Source: Eledone cirrhosa
Lineage: Eukaryota
DNA: 64,000 nucleotides
Assembly (NCBI GenBank): GCA_964016885.1
Contig: OZ024742.1
Location: 260,152,001-260,216,000, forward strand
Reading direction: 5' to 3'
Positions 52,339-64,000 of this stretch are shown piece after piece; position 1 is the first letter of the stretch; each line of letters opens with the position of its first letter. Made by a program: the position numbers and the translations under genes. The notes beneath the pieces were generated by a model. It did not search any database, had not been told where the DNA came from, and saw nothing but the letters and a program-made list of their open reading frames with translations.

Positions 52339-53012
52339 TGCATTTATTAGTGTATCAAAGTGTGTGATTTTGTATACTCTTACACATATGTTGATGTGTC
52401 ATTCCACATACACACACACATGTCCACATATATATATATGTATATATATGCAATAAGAATGTCAGAGAGTACAATTTTTTTATATGATTTATATCAATGA
52501 TATAAAATTTGTATAAAAAATTATAGTCTCTGGCAATCTTAATTTTTCATTTTAAAATGTTTGACAGTACTTATAATGCTCATAGAATGAGTTTTCTATA
52601 TTATTTCAATGGTGTATATATATGTCTTTCTCTCTCTTTTTCTCTCTTTGCATCATCATCATTGAATGTCTGTTGATGATGATGATGATGATATATATAT
52701 ATATATATATATATAAAAACATTGATTCGAAAAAGAAAAAAGCAAGCAACCTGAAGTTATCAACCTTAATGAACTGAACCTAGCTTTTTACTATTTTATT
52801 GTTGTTTTATGTTGTTCATGCATCTATTTCAGCATTTCACATATCCTGGTTTAGAAATGTTTTCTCTGGCTTCATCAAATATCTCATCACTGTGGCTCTA
52901 GCTTATTCTCTGCTTTACTTAAATGCCTTTTTTTTTTTTCACTTAGGAACCTCCTCGGTAAATTTCACTACAAAAAAAAAAAATTGTTTTACAAATTTCT
53001 GGTGAGTGTGTA

Positions 53013-53043
<31 letters not shown>

Positions 53044-53055
53044 GTATATGTATAT

Positions 53056-53086
<31 letters not shown>

Positions 53087-53087
53087 C

Positions 53088-53625
53088 ATCATCATCATCA
53101 TCATTGTTTAATATCTGTTTTATCTGCTAACAAGGGCTGGACATGTTGTCACGGTCCGGTCAGTACTCATGTGGAGTCTCTGACCTCCTGGTGGGTTGGA
53201 GGTTTGAGATACGATTCCATGTTCTACTGTGTGCATTTGATCATGGCACCAACACTAGGGAAGTTGTCATGTTTATGTCATAGCTGAAGAATCCTCCTGA
53301 GCCTTTGTTTGACAAGTTTTTTTATGACTGGATGCTCTTCTTATCACCAATGCAGATAGATAGGAAGGGCATCCAGCCATAGAATACCTGCCAAACAAAA
53401 GGTTAGGAGGATTCTTCAGCTGTTCCAAAAATATGACAACCTCTCTAGTGTTGATGCCATGATGAAATGCACCCAGTGCACTTTGTAGAGTATGTGAATG
53501 CATTTAAGCAAGATGCGAGCCCTCAGTCTACTTGTAGCTCTCTTTAAGCATTGATTTGGTCTATGACAACATGTCCAACCTTTGCTAGCATGGAAAACAG
53601 ACATTAAATAATGAGGAGGAGGAGG
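53088..53625. repeat. Head-to-head inverted pair of tail modules (~260-bp arms)
   Basis: gctgaagaatcctcct..ctggatgctcttcttatc versus gataggaagggcatccagc..aggaggattcttcagc. Confidence 0.8.
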
Positions 53626-54138
53626 ATATTTTACCAGAAATTTTGAAATATATATATATATATATATACTTGGGGGGGGGGGGGGGTTAACGGATTTCAT
53701 CATGGCTAGTGATTAGTGTTTGGAGCTCATACCTACAGCTTCTGACTATGGGGAACACAAGACTTCATCAATAATGACTATGATACCACTAGTTCTTTTA
53801 AATTCCACTGCCATGTATTATATGCATGGAAAAACAAAAAAAAAGACATGTATTGCTACACACTAAATAAGATTCTTGAATATTATTTCAGCTCAGGTTC
53901 CTTTTATAAGGGTTATATATATATATAGTATGCAAAAGTTATTAAGTGGAAATAACATTTTGTGAATCTTCAATATGGCAGCAGGCACACATTACTTCAA
54001 TTTAAACTGTCATTATTTTTATATTGTAAGTTATTGCACCAGATCTGATTTCCCCATGGTCAGGTTTTCAGGCTAAATTGAAACAATGTGAATTTTGCCA
54101 CTTATGTTTGCTCAAAAATCTTTTCCTGCAACAATTTC

Positions 54139-54147
54139 TCTCTCTAT

Positions 54148-54219
<72 letters not shown>

Positions 54220-54340
54220 GATATATATATGTATGTGTGTATATATATGTACACACACACACACATGCATATATGTGTATGTATATGTATATATATATAT
54301 ATATGTACACACACATATATATATATATATGTGTGTGTGC
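54139..54340. repeat. (TC)n followed by (TA/CA)n microsatellites
   Basis: Direct inspection. Confidence 0.95.
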
Positions 54341-54878
54341 AAAGTAGTTTGCTTCATATTTCTTCTCAAATCACCAGTGCAACTGATGTGAACACTACCT
54401 GAAAACACAGTATGTATATTATAATTCATTGTCCAACTCTTGCTAGCAGGGATGTTAAATGATAAAGATGATATACATTATAATTCATATTAATATTTTT
54501 GTCACCTTTCCTTATTGGGTTATGTTGGTTTGTTTTTGAAAAAAAAAAAAGAAAACTAAAAATGAATTCACTGGTGAGATTTCCATTAATTTAGAAATTT
54601 TTTTCTAAAATTTTCATTTATTTAACCCTTTCTTTAACATTTCTAATGGAAAACACTGCCTATTGTTCTCAAATAATTTGGAAAATAATCAAAAAATTCT
54701 GATTAAGTTGGTGGTTGGGACAAAACTTAAACGTTCTTACTTAAAATTATGATGGAAGGTTTTTAAATATATGTAAACATTTTAACTTCTCTTTTTACCA
54801 TATTTCTAATGAAAGACATGGCCTATGGTTTTGAAATAATTTTGAAAATAATAAAAAATTTGGAAGAATTTAGTAATA

Positions 54879-55520
54879 TATGAGGGTCAACTGAAAAGTT
54901 CATAGGCTGACCAAGATACTCTTATGGAATGTGACTAAATGAGATTTATTTAACAACATAGTCCCCCTTGCGATCCATACCCTTCTTCCATTGGTGTGCA
55001 GTGCTTGGATCCCAATGGTGAAGAAGCCTTCTTCTTGTTGGTCAAAAAAGTCATCAACAGCAAATATGACTTAATCTTTGCGATACTGGTTCCCAGCCAA
55101 GTGCTTTTTCATGTTTGGGAACAGATGGTTGTCAGATGGGGCCAAATCAGGAGAATAGGGAAGATGATCAACCAGTTCAAAGCCACTGTCATGCACAGCA
55201 GCCTTTGAAACCAAGCCTTGTGTGCTAGTGCATTGTCCTCATGAAACAAAACTCCTTTCATCAGTTTTTTCTGGGTGTTTGGTTTTGATAGCCTTTTGTA
55301 ACTGTGTCAGCAAGTTAGAACAGTACTATCCATTGATGGTGTGGCCCTTTTGAAGTCAATAAACACAATGCTTTTTGCATCCAAAGAAATCTGAAGTCAT
55401 TACCATCCCTGCAGATGAAATGACCTTGAACTGCTTTGGAACAGGTGGGGAGCAGTTTTTCCAATGCATGGATTGTCTCTTTGTCTCTGGCTCCAAGTAA
55501 TGAACCCAACACTCATCCAG
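54879..55520 (-). mobile_element. Tc1/mariner transposon, 3' half, inserted at a TA within a MITE
   Basis: Terminus TA-tgagggtcaactgaaaagttc; minus-strand WVHY.EPETKRQS..W, FWDAK, LFHEDNA, HLPYSPDLAPSD..LF, W.K.MDRKGDYV. Confidence 0.88.
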
Positions 55521-55697
55521 GGTTAGGAAACATTAAGTTGTTTAAATTGCTATTTTGTTGTATTTTTTTGTTGATAATGGGACATAAAGCTCCCATATTT
55601 GCCCTGGAGAAGGGCGACATCATAATATTTTGGCTTCCACCCAAATATTTGAACTTTTTGAACTTTTTGAAAAACAAATGTTTCTACAAAAAAAAAC

Positions 55698-58600
55698 ATG
55701 GACGGATACGCCTCATGTGACAGCAGCTCAAATTTTGAGAGGAGAGTCACAGCCCCCACCACCACCATTATGAACGGTGTTACCACTACCACCACCACAG
55801 ATAGCATTGCCAACGATGACTACAGCAACAACAACAATATCAGCAGTAGCAGCAGAGGCAATGACATCAACAGCAGCTTAGCATGGAATAATTATGAAAG
55901 TAATTTTCCTACTTTACCACCCTTGCCACCACTACTAGAACTACAGAATAGTAAATCCAACAAAACAAAAAAACAACTGTATTGCAAGCACCACACCACC
56001 ACCACAACAACAACAACAGCAACAAAAAATGTAACAGAAGCAAATAAAAATAAACAGCAACACACGCAACAAAATCACAAACAACAGTAGCAACATCAAC
56101 AACAGCGGGGACAGCAGTAGCAGCAGCGATAGCAACAGCAGCACCAGCAGCAGTAACAACAACAACAGAAGCAACAGCAGCAGCGATGATGTGGTTGCAA
56201 AACTAGACATCTCCTTCGAGGGAGCTCTCAACAGAAATGAAAAGGTCTCGGAGAGCAACAAGATGAAGGAGACCAGACTGATGGTGAAAAAGAATGGCTA
56301 CATAGTGAGCCTCATTCCTCCATCGGACGACATGGAAAACCGACGTTTTTATGCGGTGTCATACTGATTAATTGGTATAAAAACATGCTGGGTGGAATGG
56401 GCATCCAAGTCCCAAATACTTTGGGTGCTGTGTAGGCATAAAAACCCATATAGCCCGAGGAAGAAAATATGGGAATGTGGAGGGTTTCTTTGCCATCCCA
56501 CAGGAAGCCAGGGTACATTCCATGACACCACTGGAGAGTGATGAGCTCACTTTAGTGCCAAGCTATTGCAGCCAAAATCTGGTCAAAATCAGAGTGACCC
56601 AAGTTCCGCCCACAATAGCCACTCCTTGGCTGATGGCAGCTGTCCTTGCTAACATCAAGGAGAGCACAACAATCTTGGAGATACTCAGAATGAAGTCAGA
56701 AAACATCTGGATCAGGAATGGCGCTACTGATCCCAATGGACCAGGAAAATATTGACGCCATCCCTGATGTCATAGACCTCTGCAATGGCACCCACCTCAC
56801 TGTGACTGTCGTGGGTAGAAGGCCAAAGTGTCACATCTGTGGGGAGAAAAACTACCTAAAAGCTTTTTGCCCAAGACAAACAAAAGCAACCCAGCCATCT
56901 GTGGCCACTGTAGCAGCAAAAAAAACTAGCACCAGCATCAATAACAGCAACAAAAAAACCCCTGCCTCCTCCACCACCAACTGCAACACCAATACCTGTG
57001 GAAGACATACTCCAACACAGACTGTGATGAAGATGAGGGGTGAAAAACCATCAGGAAAAAAAGATAGGAAAGCACTTCCCTTTGCACCCTTGAAAAAGAG
57101 AGCAAAACAAATAAAAAATGTCAAAACTTCAATGCCATCATGATCATCAACCCTGCCACCACCTCCATCAACCCAAACAAACTCAAATCCAACAAAATTA
57201 TACAACTGTTAGGCACTACACAGCAAAAAATACGAACAACAACAAATTACTTACAGCACAACAGCATTACAGAAAAAAAAACGCACGACACTCCAAAAAT
57301 TCACACCATCCACACATAGAAATAACAGAAATAAACCAAAAAACATACACGCTTTAAAAACAAAATTCCCCAATTCAGTTGGAGGCTTCAGAGAAACCCT
57401 CTCCAGAAGAATTTACAGAAACATCCTTATGGAGAAGGCCACAACTAGCTAGACAGATGAAGCAACCATCCTTCCACCAGAAATCCAGGGGTAAGTTCTC
57501 TCTATCACCTATTTCCTCCTTCATTCAACATGGCCTCTCTCAGAATAGGCTGTATAAATGCACGTGGCATAGGGTTGCTTTGGAAGCAGAGTCACCTACT
57601 CCATGACCTCAGGTCACTGAACATAGATGTGGTGGCCATCAGTGAGACCAGAATCTCTGAAGCACAAGCTGCATTTCCCAAATGTGCCAATGTGGACATG
57701 GACAAACCACATAGGGTCATCCAGATCGTATCTAGATAGGATATTTTTTAGAGAAATAGACAAGTCTATTTCAAGGTAGTTTGACTACACAGACCACAAA
57801 TTTGTGATCTGTGTGGTTAATCTAGTTAGGCTTCATAGACAGGGACCTGGCTTCTGGAAGCTAAACACATTGCTCCCAGTGCACAAAGCCTAGAGAGAGC
57901 AGATTAGTGAATTAATTAAGTGGGCGTTGATGGGGGCAGTTGTCAACAATAAATGGTGGTTTGCACTGAAAAGGATGATTATAACAGAATCCATTAGGTT
58001 CAGTAAGGCTGTAGCCATAGAGAAGAATAGAGTAGAGGGAGAACTAGTTAGAAAATTAGACAAGGGGCTTAGCAAAGGCATCGCAATGAATGTGCTTGTG
58101 GTAAGATTGGGCCTCGACCAATTCTTCAACACTAAGCATGAAAGTTGCATTGTTAGAGCTTGGGTGCATGCTCTTAGACATGAAGGGGCGAAAGCCATTC
58201 AATGGGTCCAAGTAGCAGAGGTGCAGCATGGCAACAAAGCCACAATCCAGTGTTTGGCACACCATGACGAGCGCATATTACTTGATCCCAAGCAGATGAC
58301 TGCAGCCTTTCAGCAGCACTTCACTCAACTGTTCAGAAGCAGTGGCGGGCCAGGTCATGGGATGGACTTCAATCCCTACCTCAACAGCTTGCTGTGACTC
58401 TTGACAACAGAGGTGGAGTACTACAAAAGGCCGATAACAGCAGCTGAAATATGGGATGCAATGACTAGCTTTACAACAGGTAAATCACCTGGTTTTGATG
58501 GTCTGCTCTATGAGCTCTACGTTCACATGCCAGACTTGTTCGGCAACATTTTGGCAGATGTCTACTGCAACTGACAACAATACGAGAGAATTCCCAGTTC

Positions 58601-60626
58601 TGTGAGCCAAGGAGAAGTAGCACTGCTGACAAAGAATAAAAACAAGGAGGACTACATAGATAATTTCAAGCCAATAACTCTGCTGAATGCAGAGTTCAAA
58701 ATTTTGGCCAAGGTATTAGCGATGAGGTTGACATTTGTGATCAGGAGTCTGGTGGGAGAGGCGCAGACATGCACTATTCCAGATAGACCCATCCATGACA
58801 ACTTCCACCTCATGTGATACATCATAGAGAGGGTAGCTAAGGAAAATGGCATAGGTGGGGCCCTGATCAACTTAGATCAATCAAAAGCATTTGATAGGGT
58901 TGGCCATCAGTACCTGGCAGCCAGTTTTGATCCCATCTTTAGAGGGTGGATCGCTGCAATGTACAGCGACATCTGCTCTTTGATTAGAGTGAATGGTCAC
59001 CTCTCAGAACTGGTCAACATCATGCACTCAGTATGCCAAGGGTGTCCCCTCTCATACTACACATATTGGAGACATTGTGAGGCATCCCATGCAGGAAAAC
59101 CATGTCAGCTTATGCACCAAACACATCAAGGCAATCAGTACTGCTCTGAGAGAATACGAGGCAATGACAGGGGCAAAAATTAACCAAGAAAAGTCAATGG
59201 GCTTGTGGCTCAGCACCTGGTTAGGTGGGTCCATGCCATCCAACATTATAGTCAGGCACTGGATGGACAGACCGGTTAAATTGCTCATGGTCTGGTTTGG
59301 TCCAGACCTCCAGACAGACAAAAACTGGAATGAGGTGTCGAGCAGGGGAGCCACTCTCACCCAGAAATGAGCCGAAAAGAAGCTATCCCTGAAAGGTCAT
59401 GCGGAAGTGGTTAATGCATACTTCTCATTCGTCACCTACTACCACCTAAGCATCATGCTTTGCCCCAGTCCACGCCTCACCAAATTGGAGCATTTGCTCT
59501 TCAACTTCTTGTGAAAGAGACATTTTCCACTGGTGAGGCAATCCATCTGCTGTCAACACCTGCTGCGTGGAGGACTGGGCATGCTGTTGCTGATGATGCG
59601 CAGACATGTGCTAAGGCTACGACACCTCCAGCTTTTCCTGAACAGTGAACAGGTGTGATCACCATTTGCTAGGCACATTTTCCCCAGCTTGTCTCTTTGA
59701 CAGAGCTACAGTCCTGGGTCATCAAGTGGAGACCAAGTGGGAGTACTTGGAGGCTAGAATGTCTTCAAGTGCTCACAGCCCTCAGCCAATCAGGCACTGT
59801 GATCAGTGGGATCTCTACCTTGGCATTCTATAGAGGGTTAGTGATGGGTAAATGCGACGATGTTCTTGGGGAAACTCTGAGCATCAATGAAAATCAACTA
59901 GCTATTCTCTTCCACAGCACTTTTGGTCCAGGGCTCATAGCTAACTTCCAGAATTCCCTGGCCTGGCAGTGCTACTGGGGAGCGTTGCCAGTTCTTGATA
60001 AATTCTACAGGCATGGAAGTGCGCACAAAGAGACGAAACCATTATGCATATACTCGTACAGTATCTGGGTATTGCTGACTTGTGGGTTTATCTCAGACAC
60101 CTGCTGTCACCTGTCGGACAGATCTCCCCATCGCCCTAGGGGTAGACTGTTTTTGTCTGTCTGTCTGGTGGCCATGGTGAACAAGATCATGTGGTGGATG
60201 CATCTGAAAGGGTTGAAGACCGGTACTTTCCTCTTCAGCAACGCCCTGATTAACTTCTTCAGGTTTCACCTGAAGAGGAAGATCAGGGTGGAGAGGGAAG
60301 TGTTGCCTTCCAGCCACTTTGTTGAGAGGTAGGTGAGCGAGGTGAGAATCGCCTGAGTGAATGGTCTTGCTCTGAGCATATAGATTGAAGGAGGACACCT
60401 GGGAGAGGACACTTGCCCTGGATTTTTGTGGACTTTCTCCACGAGTGACCCTCAGAAGTCCGCCCCCTCCTATTGGGGAATATTCCTTTGTTCTATTTTT
60501 GTTACATCCTTTGTTTTTTTTTTATCTTTGTTTTTACACACAGAAACCCTCATTTGTACCATCCTCTACTGTCCTTAATGTTATCCTTTTGTATACCCTT
60601 GTGGTTAATAAAGAAAACATTATTAT
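55698..60626 (+). mobile_element. Near-full-length Tx1/L1-clade LINE, decayed (ORF1 + APE-RT ORF2)
   Basis: ORF1 is Ser/Asn/Thr-rich with the knuckle RRPKCHICGEKNYLKAFCP. ORF2 from 57530 reads RIGCINARG..VAISET, TDHKFV, GFWKLN, GKSPGFDGL.YE, FKPITLLNAEFKILAK, LDQSKAFDRV, QGCPLS. Tail aataaagaaaacattattat. Confidence 0.92.
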
Positions 60627-61134
60627 ATATCAAAGAAATACATTACTTCAAAGAAATGGCAAGAAACTATTCCCATCACCAATAAGTCTACCAGTTGCAA
60701 GAATCCCAGCAGTAGAAATCATCAACTTGCAATAGAAGTAAAATAAAACAAAATTTCAAACAACAACATAGTCATTGATTAGGAATCTCTGTGACATTGA
60801 TAATGTAATTATAGACAGGCTGACAAACTTCCTATCATCAAACACTGTTGAGAAGGCTGTCTGAGTGTGTCCTTCTCTCTGTCTGTGTGTCTGACTCTGT
60901 GTGTATATATATATGTCTACATATATGTGTGTGTCATTGTGTGTGTGTGTGTATATGTCTGTAAGTATATAAGTAATAGAGGAGGAGAAAGTGATTGATA
61001 ATAATTCCTCTCTTCCTCCACACTGACCATACCACATCACTCAGTGATTAAATATCATGTATGAGAGGATATCAACTTTTTTTTAAAGTTCTTTCATTCT
61101 TTCTTTCACTATATGTGCTTTAATTCCAACATGA

Positions 61135-61435
61135 AGGCAGCATGAGGGTTATGGTGTTGGCTTCACAATCATAAGATCATGTGTTTGATTCACTGCAATG
61201 TGTTGTTTTCTTGAGCAAAACATTTGATTTTATGTTGTCCCAGTTAAGCTGACAAAATTGAATTGTACCTGTAATTCACAGGGTCCAGCATTGATAGTCA
61301 CACTGTATCGTGCAAAATCTCCTTCTGAATTACATTAAGCATACACGTTTCTTTGGAATACTCATCCACTTGCATATAAATTCCACAAGGAACCCATTCT
61401 GTTGGTTAAACAACTGGAATTCTTATAGTAATTAA
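61135..61435 (+). mobile_element. CORE-like SINE copy
   Basis: Same head and body as 6255 and 17815. Confidence 0.65.
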
Positions 61436-61508
61436 GAATGTGTACAACACAACACATGTATCAAGTGTGAGAAGATATTATCAACTCTATCTTAATCTGC
61501 TTTTTCTT

Positions 61509-61567
<59 letters not shown>

Positions 61568-61856
61568 TTTATGTTTTCAGTTTATTAAATCTAGTAATAT
61601 GAGTTAATTAATAAAAGTACCAAGTTTATGAGTCTGTCCATCACACACACTTCTTCTGCAATGTGTATGTATGTATGCCTGTATTTGTAGATATGTAGCT
61701 ACAAGTATATATGTATGAATGGATGTATATATGTCTCTGTGTGCAAGTGTGTGTTCACATTATGTTGTACATTTTGACATCTGCTGCCTCAAGAAAGCTG
61801 TTCCTATTGACACACCTACCAATTAAATTATGCCATATATTTCTTTATTATCTCAA

Positions 61857-62043
61857 CGGTGGATTGGCAGTATCGGTAGAGGGTCGGACACCATGCTTTG
61901 ACACATAGAGTTACGGCCCTTGCCATTCTGTGTTCAAATTCCGCCGAGGTTAACTTTGCCTTTCATCCTTATGGGGTCGATAAAATAAAGTACCAGTAAT
62001 ACTGGGTAATTGCTGGCCTTGTGCCAAAAGTAGAAACAATTAT
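61857..62043 (+). mobile_element. SINE family A, full length
   Basis: Near-identical to 8778-8967. Confidence 0.87.
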
Positions 62044-62049
62044 CTCATT

Positions 62050-62760
62050 TAACCCTTGTCATACCAAAAAAGCCTTAAACTACCCTCACTTTTGTGTTAT
62101 GAAATTGCCACATTTTAAAGTGTTTATATTTAAATTGAAGCCTTTTATCATAATTTTATGAAACATCTTTTGTCAAGTTACCTTCTAATAATGGAGAGTT
62201 GGTTATTTTATTAACCCTTCCACATTCTATTATTTTAAAGTCTAATTGAAAAACAGCCAGTGTATTTCATAACAAAAGGGTAAAACATATTCGTTAGCTT
62301 TCTAGATTTTTACCACTTATTGTCAATTTTAAATGTAATGATGCTTTTATTTTTCAACTATTTCATTTAACCCTTTCCTTACTATATTTCTAATATGAAA
62401 CACTCCCTCTGATTTTCAAATCGTTTTAAAAATAATAATTTTGAGGAGTTTAGTGTTGGCATTTGGAGCAGATAAATATAAAGAATATGCTCCTTATATT
62501 ACTATATTTCTAATAAAGGACTCAGTCTATATTTTCAAAATAATCAAGAATTTAGAGAGATTAATTAATATAACTTTCCCATTATCAAGCTGGTGTTTCG
62601 ATCATTAATCAACAAATGTTCTTGCATAAAAATCATGAGATAAATATAAACAATTTAACCCTTTCCTTACCATATTTCTAATGAAAGACACTGTCTATGA
62701 TTTTCAAATAATTTTGAAAATAATCAAGAATTTGGAGAGATTTAATAATATAACTAACTT
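62050..62760. mobile_element. Cluster of AT-rich TTAA MITE copies (one inverted, several partial direct)
   Basis: Repeated ttaaccctttccttac.atatttctaat starts at ~62367 and ~62655. Confidence 0.7.
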
Positions 62761-62895
62761 ACCGCAAAACCTAAGTTTGTGCATACATGTTAAGTGTGTA
62801 GAATTTTAAATATACTAAGTAAACTCTCTTTCAATAGATTGAGCATTGTTTTCCTTGGCCTTATCTACAGATATCCTGCATATATATATATATAT

Positions 62896-63790
62896 AAACA
62901 GTAGACAGCTTCTGCTACCTAGGTGACCAAATTAGCAGAAGAGGTGGGTCTTCGGAAAGTACAATAACTAGGGTAAGAACAGGATGGAAGAAGTTCAGGG
63001 AGCTACTGCCACTGCTAGCTGCAAAAACTTTTGAAAGGTAGACTGTATGATGCGTGTATACGAACAGCAATGTTGCATGATAGTGAGACCTGGGCGCTGT
63101 CTGTGGAAGACTTGCGTAGATTAGAAAGAAACGAAGCTTGCATGCTCTGATGGATGTGTAATAGTAATATACGTGAACGGTAAAGCATAAATGAATTGAG
63201 AGAGAGACTGAACATAAGAGGAATCAAATGCTGTGTGTAGGAGAGGTGGTTGCATTGGTATGGGCATGTGATACATATGAAGGATGACAGCTGCATAAGA
63301 AAGTGCAGAGCACTAGAAGTCGATGGAAACCGCGGAGTGGGGAGACCCAAGAAGACCTGGGATGAGGTGATAAAAGCCGACCTTGCCCAATTACACCTCT
63401 CAAAGGCGATGACACACGACCGTGATCTCTAGCGTCACGCAGTAATACAGAAGACCAGACCAACTCCCCACGGGTACAAGCCGAAGCTGAAGCATATAGA
63501 CAATATGCCCCCACACCCTCCCACTGCAAAGTGGTCATGGAGGTGCCACGGCAAAAAAGCACCCAGCCTATACTGTAAAGTGGACGTGTAGGCGCCACAG
63601 AAAAAAGCACCCAGCACTCACTGTAAATGAGGTTGGTGTTAGAAAGGGCATCCAGCTGTAGAAATCAAGCCAGAATCAGTTCCTGTATGAGTAAGGCATG
63701 GTCAGCCGACTGGACACTGCCCACAACAGGACAACCCGTCTAACCCATGTTAGCGTGGAAGAACGGACGTAAAACTGTGATGATGATGAT
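62896..63790 (+). mobile_element. RTE 3' portion with complete 3' UTR and (GAT)n tail
   Basis: TVDSFCYLGDQIS.RGGS..WYGHV..GRPKKTWDEVIKADL; MITE sequence resumes after 63790. Confidence 0.9.
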
Positions 63791-64000
63791 AAACACTTTA
63801 AAATAAATAGTTTTGTAGTGTAGGACCAGAGTTGGTTTCAGGTGGTTTGGAGATGGAATGAAACTCTGTAGGTAGCATTCCTTTTGATTGACATCTCACC
63901 TGGGATTCTTTTTAGTAATGGCAAAACAAAGCTGTTGGAAAGGATAAGAAAGGATATTTCTCAATTTTACAGGATTTTCACACACAAACTTGTGCAAAAT

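Noticed and set aside
62845-62895. Candidate next exon after the pyrimidine tract and CAG at 62870 (similar sites at ~40820 and ~49917)
   Set aside because: The phase-1 continuation runs into (TA)n or stops quickly and shows no Ig motif.

Overview
AT-rich animal genomic DNA, most likely an octopus or another cephalopod. That assignment is inferred from the repeat landscape: very long (TA)n tracts, (GAT)n-tailed RTE/SINE modules and CORE-like SINEs. The only host-gene feature I can support is one symmetric phase-1 Ig-domain exon (606-887, +) resembling turtle/IGSF9. The other ~63 kb looks like one giant intron full of decayed mobile DNA: several RTE families, CR1, two R4/Dong-type RLE elements, a near-full-length Tx1/L1, mariner, Penelope remnants, TTAA-flanked MITEs and at least two SINE families. 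Four features stand out. (1) A ~3.8 kb, ~79-unit 48-bp tandem array born from the reverse-transcriptase coding region of the RTE element that still flanks it, with higher-order repeats and an antisense 1263-codon open frame. (2) A minimal type-I hammerhead ribozyme motif in a Penelope remnant, plus a Penelope-like 77-bp-arm palindrome. (3) A visible SINE-LINE 3'-tail partnership. (4) Two RTE copies 5'-truncated at almost the same base.
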